IMG/VR virus record: IMGVR_UViG_3300036791_000379
Location: 5,021 to 69,020 of that record
DNA: 64,000 nucleotides
Strand: one strand, 5' to 3'
DNA from: a virus
This document shows positions 58,305 to 64,000 of this stretch, piece by piece. The translations under genes were made by a program, and so were the position numbers. The notes beneath the pieces were generated by a model that worked only from the letters and a program-made list of their open reading frames with translations, was not told the DNA's origin and made no database searches. Position 1 is the stretch's first letter. Each line of letters begins with the position of its first letter.

Positions 58305-59408
58305 TTAGGGCACTTCGGTCGCCGCTGGCGGCGCTTGCGGGTTGGCCGGGCTATCGACTGCACCGAATGGCTTGTCTGACAGCATCCACGGCATCACCAG
58401 CTCCAGCACCGTCGTCGTGCCGCTGCTGTTGTCCTGCTGAAATGTTGCCGTCTGGATTTTCATGATGAAATCGAGCATCGCCATCGGCGCGATAACGACC
58501 ACATCGTCCCCGCATCGCCACAGATTCTTGCCGTCGCGCAGCCAGCCCTGCACGGTGACGTTCGCGCGGACTTGTGTGCCGTCACGAAATTGGGCTTCGT
58601 AATTGGCTCGCGAGATCACCTCGCCGATGCCCATCGCCGGGTGTTCCAAGACCGTCTGAATGAATTTTTTGTAGCCCTTGTAGGCGCTGCTCCCGACCTC
58701 TGCTTCCATCTTGGCCGCGACACTTGCTGACAGTTCTTCGGCGTTGGAGCCTTGACCGATGGCATTGTAGATGGACGCCATCATCTCGTTCGAGATGACG
58801 CATTGCATCTTCTTGATGTTCTGGCCCTCGACGAGGTTTTGCACGGGCGAATAGGAATGATCGCCGATCAGCAGCATGTTGCCGAGATGGTCCGAGCCGA
58901 GCGTAGCCCCGCGCTGCCGGGCCAGATGCTCGACATGGTCGAATACCAAAGCGCCCGGCTGCGCCTGACACTTCTTGAACGGCGTCGCGTCGACCGTCCC
59001 GATTGGGATCACCGACACGCCAAATTCGCCGTAGCACTTGCTGGCAATTGCCTGCAGCGTCATGTTGTCGAAATTCGCCTTCTTGGCATCCACGCTGGAC
59101 GTCCCGGCCGCCCATGTCCTGCCTGCACCTGATAATTCCACCTGATGGTTGCTGGCGTCATAGGCAGTCTGTCGCGTCAGGATGATGCCGGTGATCGCCA
59201 GCTGCCCGCCGAGCCAAATCTCGCAGGAGTCGCCGGGCTTGAATTGCAGCGCTCCCCATGCATCCGGCACGGGAGAGTATTCGGCAGCGGTAAACCGAAA
59301 CAGCGGCCAGCCATCGGACCAGCGATGCTGGACCCAGACCGTTTCCCAGTCCTCGAATTTCACGCCTTCGACTTGGAGCTGCGCGACTTCTGCCGGGTTG
59401 AAGGCCAT
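58305..59408 (-). CDS. Mu gp44-like baseplate hub protein
   Basis: WETVWV, PGDSCEIWLGGQLAITG, VTVQGW...W. Confidence 0.8.
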   Translation of the reverse strand: MAFNPAEVAQLQVEGVKFEDWETVWVQHRWSDGWPLFRFTAAEYSPVPDAWGALQFKPGDSCEIWLGGQLAITGIILTRQTAYDASNHQVELSGAGRTWAAGTSSVDAKKANFDNMTLQAIASKCYGEFGVSVIPIGTVDATPFKKCQAQPGALVFDHVEHLARQRGATLGSDHLGNMLLIGDHSYSPVQNLVEGQNIKKMQCVISNEMMASIYNAIGQGSNAEELSASVAAKMEAEVGSSAYKGYKKFIQTVLEHPAMGIGEVISRANYEAQFRDGTQVRANVTVQGWLRDGKNLWRCGDDVVVIAPMAMLDFIMKIQTATFQQDNSSGTTTVLELVMPWMLSDKPFGAVDSPANPQAPPAATEVP

Positions 59409-59414
59409 GGCGCT

Positions 59415-60089
59415 TTAGAACGACAGCGCCTGCCCGATGCGCGGCGCGAAGGCGGGATGCACCACCTTGTTCTCAGCACGCAGTTCGTCGGCGCGTGAGG
59501 CGTCGGCATAGAGGCGATATGACAGGACCAGCGTCGGCTTGATCGCTGCAAACTGGAAGTTGAGCATTTGCGGCAGCGGCATTGCCGTCTGATAGAGAAA
59601 AAACATCGTCGCGGCATGCAGCGTCAGCAATGCCTGATAGACCATCTGGGCCATCTCATCGGCCGCGACCTCCTCGGCGTCCTTGAACGCCTGATTGACC
59701 TCGCCACGCACATAGTCGACATCGTCGCGGCTCGTGAACGTGGTGCCGGCGAGAACGAGCGACATCTGCTGCAGGCTGAACAAGACGCAGGACTGATTGA
59801 TCAGGACCGCAACCAGCGAGACCGGCGTCTCTGCGACCATCGCTTCCCTGATCCTGTTGAACTCGTCCAGCGTCGCCCCGTTGTTTCGTGCCAGCGCGAA
59901 ACAGGCGGACAATTTTGGGCCGATCACGTTGGCGACGATGTAAATCTCGGCATTCGCCTTCATGTCACCGCACGCACGCCGGAGATCGGAGCCGGCGCGA
60001 CCGACGAAATTGTTCGACGTCGCCACAAGCATGTCAGCCGCGAGAGCGGCGATGGTCGCGGCTTCGCGAACCTGTTGGATCGGGATCAT
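59415..60089 (-). CDS. Mu gp43 C-terminal-like protein
   Basis: PTLVLSYRLYADASRADELRAENKVVHPAF. Confidence 0.65.
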   Translation of the reverse strand: MIPIQQVREAATIAALAADMLVATSNNFVGRAGSDLRRACGDMKANAEIYIVANVIGPKLSACFALARNNGATLDEFNRIREAMVAETPVSLVAVLINQSCVLFSLQQMSLVLAGTTFTSRDDVDYVRGEVNQAFKDAEEVAADEMAQMVYQALLTLHAATMFFLYQTAMPLPQMLNFQFAAIKPTLVLSYRLYADASRADELRAENKVVHPAFAPRIGQALSF

Positions 60090-60748
60090 GCATTGATGCT
60101 CCCGTTGGAGCTTGCTGGAGCTGGAGCGGCAGCGCCGCCGCTGTTCACAATCCCGGTTGCAGTGAAGCCTTGCGCCGTAATATCCAGCGCATTCGCGGCA
60201 TAGTAGACGCCGGCCGCGCTGTCCCGCGTGCCGTTTGCCGGTGCCTGACCGTATTCCACGAAGCTCATGTCGAAGACGCAATAGCCGCCAAGGCGATCCT
60301 CTTCAGTGACGCGATAGCGCGTACACATGACATTCAGGATGCCGAGCAGCGGCAACTGCAGATTGGCCGATCCATCCGTTTCCAGCGCTGTGATCAACTT
60401 GTCGCGCGGTTCGATGTAATTCTTCTTGCGCAGATCGTCTGCGTCGTGCGGATAGACAATGATGTAACCTCGCACCGTGAACTCGCGGGCGCGACGGCCC
60501 ATATCTTCGGCGTAGGGCACGTTGCGCTTCGGAAATTCGTGCGCGACCGTGCGGCGACCGGACTCGCGAACACCCGTGTCGACAAAAAACGGCACACTCC
60601 GAAAACTGGCGCGCTTGAGATACTGACGCCACGCGATGCCGGACTGCAGTTGAAGAATCGTCGTGGCCTTGGGAATCCAGCGGAATGCTGGATCATTCGC
60701 TTCCGCAACGATCTGCGGGTCGGCTACCGGCACCAGAGACAATGGCAT
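60086..60748 (-). CDS. DNA circularisation N-terminal domain protein (Mu gp43-like)
   Basis: ASFRSVPFFV...GRRTVAHEFP.R..PYAEDMGR. Confidence 0.85.
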   Translation of the reverse strand: MPLSLVPVADPQIVAEANDPAFRWIPKATTILQLQSGIAWRQYLKRASFRSVPFFVDTGVRESGRRTVAHEFPKRNVPYAEDMGRRAREFTVRGYIIVYPHDADDLRKKNYIEPRDKLITALETDGSANLQLPLLGILNVMCTRYRVTEEDRLGGYCVFDMSFVEYGQAPANGTRDSAAGVYYAANALDITAQGFTATGIVNSGGAAAPAPASSNGSINA

Positions 60749-63468
60749 CAGGGACTCCCGCCTCGCATGTAGCTTCTCGCGGTATCGGCGACATTCGGAC
60801 CAGTGTCGGTCGGCAGCATCTGGGTCTGCCGCTGCATCGAGGTTGGTGCGAGCAGATTATTGCCGGTGTAGTCCACCGTGGTGCCGCGCGGCGCATCGAC
60901 CTTCACACTGAGGTTGCCGGTCGAATTGATCTCTTGCGACCTGCTGAGCGCGGGGCGATCGAGAGCGGGGCGATCGAGAGGATCGACCAGCCGATTCATC
61001 CCGTGCCAACTCAGATTCTCTTCGGTCAGACCGCCGCGATGACTCTCCATCCATCTGCGCTCGCCGTAAGCCTTCAGTGCATCCGAGGTCAGGGCCGGGC
61101 TGCCCGAGGCCGCGCCGGGGACGGCGTTGCCGGTGCTCCAATCGTAGGGCGTCCCAGCGGGCGGCACGTTCGGAAAAGACTTTCTGTCCTGTTCCTCGCG
61201 ATACTGGCCGTAGTCCTGCAGTGTGCCAGCGGGAATCTGACTTGCGGCTGTCGGCGGCCCGGCGACCTTTGTGCCGGGCTGCTGTGCAACCGTCGCGGGC
61301 GTCTCGGTTGACATTCGATTGCGCCACGCCATCCATTTGCTGCGCGGAAAGTTGCCGCTTGTCCCCGGCGACCAGAAAGATTCGCCGCCAGAACTTTTCT
61401 GCAGGATGAAGCGACCGCTTTGCCCTTCGCGCTGGGCCAGACCGCCCGACGAGTTGTCTGTCGCATAGTTGCTGACGTTCGATCCGGCCAGCGCTGCCTT
61501 GAGGCGAGCCTCTGAGGCCGCGCGAAACTTCTGGTTACGCAATGCGCCGGGGTTATAGCCTTCGTAATATCCACCTTCTCTGGTGGTGCGGGTTTCTTGT
61601 TCGAGCGTGTGACCCGACACCGAAGCCCGGTTGAACGTCTCTTCCATGACGGCTTGATTGGCGACTGGATCGCGATTTTCGCCAGCAGCAATTCCCAGCA
61701 GCTTCTCGCGCAACCATGGCTTTGCTTCTAGCTCGGCCGCGAAACGCTCGCGGTCTTTCGCGAGGTTTGCGTTGACGTCTCCAGTCTCCGGCATCTCCGT
61801 TGTGCTGGCCGGGCCATCGTCACCACCACCGCCACCACCACCACCGCCACCGCCGCCGCCGCCACTTCGACCACCACCAAGCATTCGCGGAATCGCACCA
61901 GCCCAGCCGGGAGGCAGTCCACCGGGACCACCACCTCCACCACCGTAGCCACCGCCACCTCCTCCGCCGCCGCCTCCGCCAAGTGACGCGCCCTGAACTC
62001 CACCACCACCGCGACCGGCGCTGCCGGTCTGCAGATAGCTGTAAAAATCGACCAGCGCCTCGTACACGCCGCCCTTGATGATCGCCTGCGCGCGGCCCTC
62101 GCCGCTGCTGCCGCCGACACCACTGCCGCCGAATCCCTCGACGCCGTTGAAGCTGGCACGATGTAGCAGCGGATTGACGTTGTCGTTCGCGCCTCTGTAA
62201 CTCATGGGCGAGTATTTATAGACGCCACTCAGGCCGCCTTCTTCGGCCTGCGGCTGTGGCGCTGACGATGTGGGAGGACTTGCCGCTTCAGGGATTTTTC
62301 CGTCTTTAGGAAAAGCCCATTCTCGAATTTTCGGAATCAGCAACAGTGGTCCGAGCGTCAGGGCCTTCACGGCGTTCCATGTGTACGTCGCCCAGCCCTG
62401 CGCAAAGATGTTCAACTTCTCCATCAGCGTGACCGTCACCTGAAGCGCTTGGTTGACAATCGGCAACCCAAACGAAAGGAATGCCGTTTTGACGTCGGTG
62501 GCGATCTTGAGAATCTCCCGCCAATGCTTGGCTATCTCCGCGCTCTGCTCCTCGATCTTCTTTGCCTGCTCCGCCTCTTCCTTGGTCGGCTGCTGCATCG
62601 GGTCACGGAGATAGGCCGTGCCTGTTTGCTCACCCATCCGCCTGCCAATTCGCGCGGCCAGAGTGCTCGCGATCTCCTCAGAGCCGGTCCTCTTCAACCA
62701 GTCATCGTGAACCTGCTTTTCCCATTCGCGCACCTTGTTGTAGCGATCGATCGCGTTGGTCAGTTTCAGGTAATCATCGATAGCCTTTGGTGGGACGCCT
62801 TCGGACAGCAGTTGCTGTCGCAGCTTCGAGCCGCTCAGAGTCAGATCAGTAAGCGCCTCGTTCATATTGCTGAGCTGTGCAGCGGTGTTTTCCGCCGAGA
62901 TACCAAATCTCTCATTTTGCTCGGTCATGCTCCGAAGCTGCCCGAACGTCATGCCCAGCGAGCGCGCGGTCTGACTGAGGGTGTACATCTCCTGCCCGAA
63001 CTTGAAGACCGAGATGCCATAGGCCGCGAGCGCGGCACCGACCGCCACGATACCAACGGCAACACCGCCAAGTCCGACGATGGCCAGCCGCGATGAGGCT
63101 CCCATCTCGGCCATCGCTATGTTCAGGCCCTTGAGGCCCTGCGTCGTCTCGCGGAAGCTGAGCGCAAGCTCCGGGAATGCCTCCATGCCGCGTCTGGCAT
63201 TCAGCGCCATCTGCACGAGGCCACGGCCGGTTTCTTCGGCCGAGCGTGTCAACTCCCTCAGTGCCTTGTCGTGACTGGAAAGTCTTGGCACCGATTGCTG
63301 AGCGGCATTGCCGACTTGCTGCACGCTCGACGCCACCTTGTCGAACGCACCGCTCACCTGACCGGCAGCCTGCGTGAGCTGCATGATCTGGTTGCGAATG
63401 TTGGTGAGCCCCGCCGACGCATTGTCGACGAGATTGACCGACAGTTTTAGTTCTTCAAACTCAGCCAT
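60748..63468 (-). CDS. tape measure protein with C-terminal putative cell-wall hydrolase-like domain
   Basis: 906 aa, helical N-terminal two-thirds, Gly-rich linker, AGEN...QAVMEETFNR. Confidence 0.8.
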   Translation of the reverse strand: MAEFEELKLSVNLVDNASAGLTNIRNQIMQLTQAAGQVSGAFDKVASSVQQVGNAAQQSVPRLSSHDKALRELTRSAEETGRGLVQMALNARRGMEAFPELALSFRETTQGLKGLNIAMAEMGASSRLAIVGLGGVAVGIVAVGAALAAYGISVFKFGQEMYTLSQTARSLGMTFGQLRSMTEQNERFGISAENTAAQLSNMNEALTDLTLSGSKLRQQLLSEGVPPKAIDDYLKLTNAIDRYNKVREWEKQVHDDWLKRTGSEEIASTLAARIGRRMGEQTGTAYLRDPMQQPTKEEAEQAKKIEEQSAEIAKHWREILKIATDVKTAFLSFGLPIVNQALQVTVTLMEKLNIFAQGWATYTWNAVKALTLGPLLLIPKIREWAFPKDGKIPEAASPPTSSAPQPQAEEGGLSGVYKYSPMSYRGANDNVNPLLHRASFNGVEGFGGSGVGGSSGEGRAQAIIKGGVYEALVDFYSYLQTGSAGRGGGGVQGASLGGGGGGGGGGGYGGGGGGPGGLPPGWAGAIPRMLGGGRSGGGGGGGGGGGGGGDDGPASTTEMPETGDVNANLAKDRERFAAELEAKPWLREKLLGIAAGENRDPVANQAVMEETFNRASVSGHTLEQETRTTREGGYYEGYNPGALRNQKFRAASEARLKAALAGSNVSNYATDNSSGGLAQREGQSGRFILQKSSGGESFWSPGTSGNFPRSKWMAWRNRMSTETPATVAQQPGTKVAGPPTAASQIPAGTLQDYGQYREEQDRKSFPNVPPAGTPYDWSTGNAVPGAASGSPALTSDALKAYGERRWMESHRGGLTEENLSWHGMNRLVDPLDRPALDRPALSRSQEINSTGNLSVKVDAPRGTTVDYTGNNLLAPTSMQRQTQMLPTDTGPNVADTARSYMRGGSP

Positions 63469-63649
63469 CGTCCGAGTTTTCCCGGCTTATGATGTGTGCG
63501 AGATCGATGGTCCGCTCCAGATGGAGACGAACCTCGGTCAGACCCATCTCAAGGAAGATTGTTGGCGAGACGTGGTAGAACCGCGCGAGCCGGTAGCAAT
63601 CGAGAACCGGAACCTCGTTTACCAAGCCTCCGGATCGGGAATAAAAAAA
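63461..63649 (-). CDS. tail assembly chaperone -1 frameshift extension (GT-like)
   Basis: -1 frame open from the T7 run at 63643-63649 to the stop overlapping the tape measure start. Confidence 0.6.
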   Translation of the reverse strand, partial: FFYSRSGGLVNEVPVLDCYRLARFYHVSPTIFLEMGLTEVRLHLERTIDLAHIISRENSDDG

Positions 63650-64000
63650 CCGCGCAGCCTGTAGGCGCAGGAGTTCCAATCGCGCGGGTCCATGCCTTCG
63701 ATGAACGGCTGCAGCACGCCGGACAACGCCGCCATCATCGTCGTCATCTTGCGGTCGAGAATCACGACGTCGCCATTCTGATCAATATGACAGGGGTTGC
63801 CGTAGCGATTGATGTCGCCGCCGGTCGGTTCGCGGAACGATAGCTCCTTGACCATCTCGCCCTTCGATCCACGGATCGCCTTGTGCAGCAGCCTGACCTT
63901 GACCGGCCACATCTCCTCGACCGGCGCATCCGGAGCTGGAGCGGCCGGCGGCTCGTTCTCGATCACCGGCCCGGCACGATGTGGAGCATCGGGCGGCTCA
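63619..64000 (-). CDS. tail assembly chaperone (Mu gp41-like), 5' truncated by window edge
   Basis: ELSFREPTGGDI...MDPRDW; frame open to the window end. Confidence 0.75.
   Translation of the reverse strand, partial: EPPDAPHRAGPVIENEPPAAPAPDAPVEEMWPVKVRLLHKAIRGSKGEMVKELSFREPTGGDINRYGNPCHIDQNGDVVILDRKMTTMMAALSGVLQPFIEGMDPRDWNSCAYRLRGFFIPDPEAW

Noticed and set aside
40-64000. Many long antisense or alternate-frame ORFs in the track (e.g. 189..1118, 3289..4230, 11631..12554, 35776..37590, 51504..52667)
   Set aside because: Shadow ORFs typical of high-GC DNA, overlapping better supported genes and lacking motifs or RBSs.
49992-64000. Mu-type transposable phage
   Set aside because: Tail genes are Mu-like, but there is no MuA/MuB in the window and a tyrosine integrase with attP is present.

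Overview
The window is one continuous stretch of a temperate, high-GC tailed phage. An Alphaproteobacteria/Rhizobiales host is inferred from CTTGAC-N17-type promoters and the tRNA-Pro fragment. No host chromosomal genes are visible and the attP looks intact, so this appears to be unintegrated phage DNA. Layout: (1) 165-10391, a mostly minus-strand DNA-metabolism block (ParB-DUF5131 radical-SAM fusion, TcmP-like protein, DGQQR ParB-fold protein, MT-A70 methylase, VRR-NUC, Cro-like HTH); (2) 10783-19528, plus-strand YqaJ exonuclease/Bet recombinase, AlpA, a nuclease-less Nop/IS110-like protein followed by about 28 units of a 36-nt dual-repeat array (TIGR-TasA-like RNA-guided system, split by two cargo ORFs), then xis and a tyrosine integrase; (3) an attP with arm repeats whose core is the 5' half of tRNA-Pro(GGG) with its own promoter; (4) 19805-48799, dozens of small accessory genes, with about 11 promoters sharing an ATACGAC-N5-GTCGTAT operator, a stand-alone alarmone-hydrolase-like HD protein and a Ro60 (TROVE) gene preceded by a tRNA-mimicking YrlA-type Y RNA; (5) 49208-64000, a minus-strand Mu-like contractile tail/baseplate module with two tail fibres, a tape measure and a -1 frameshift chaperone. 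All protein assignments come from motif recognition by eye, not database searches.
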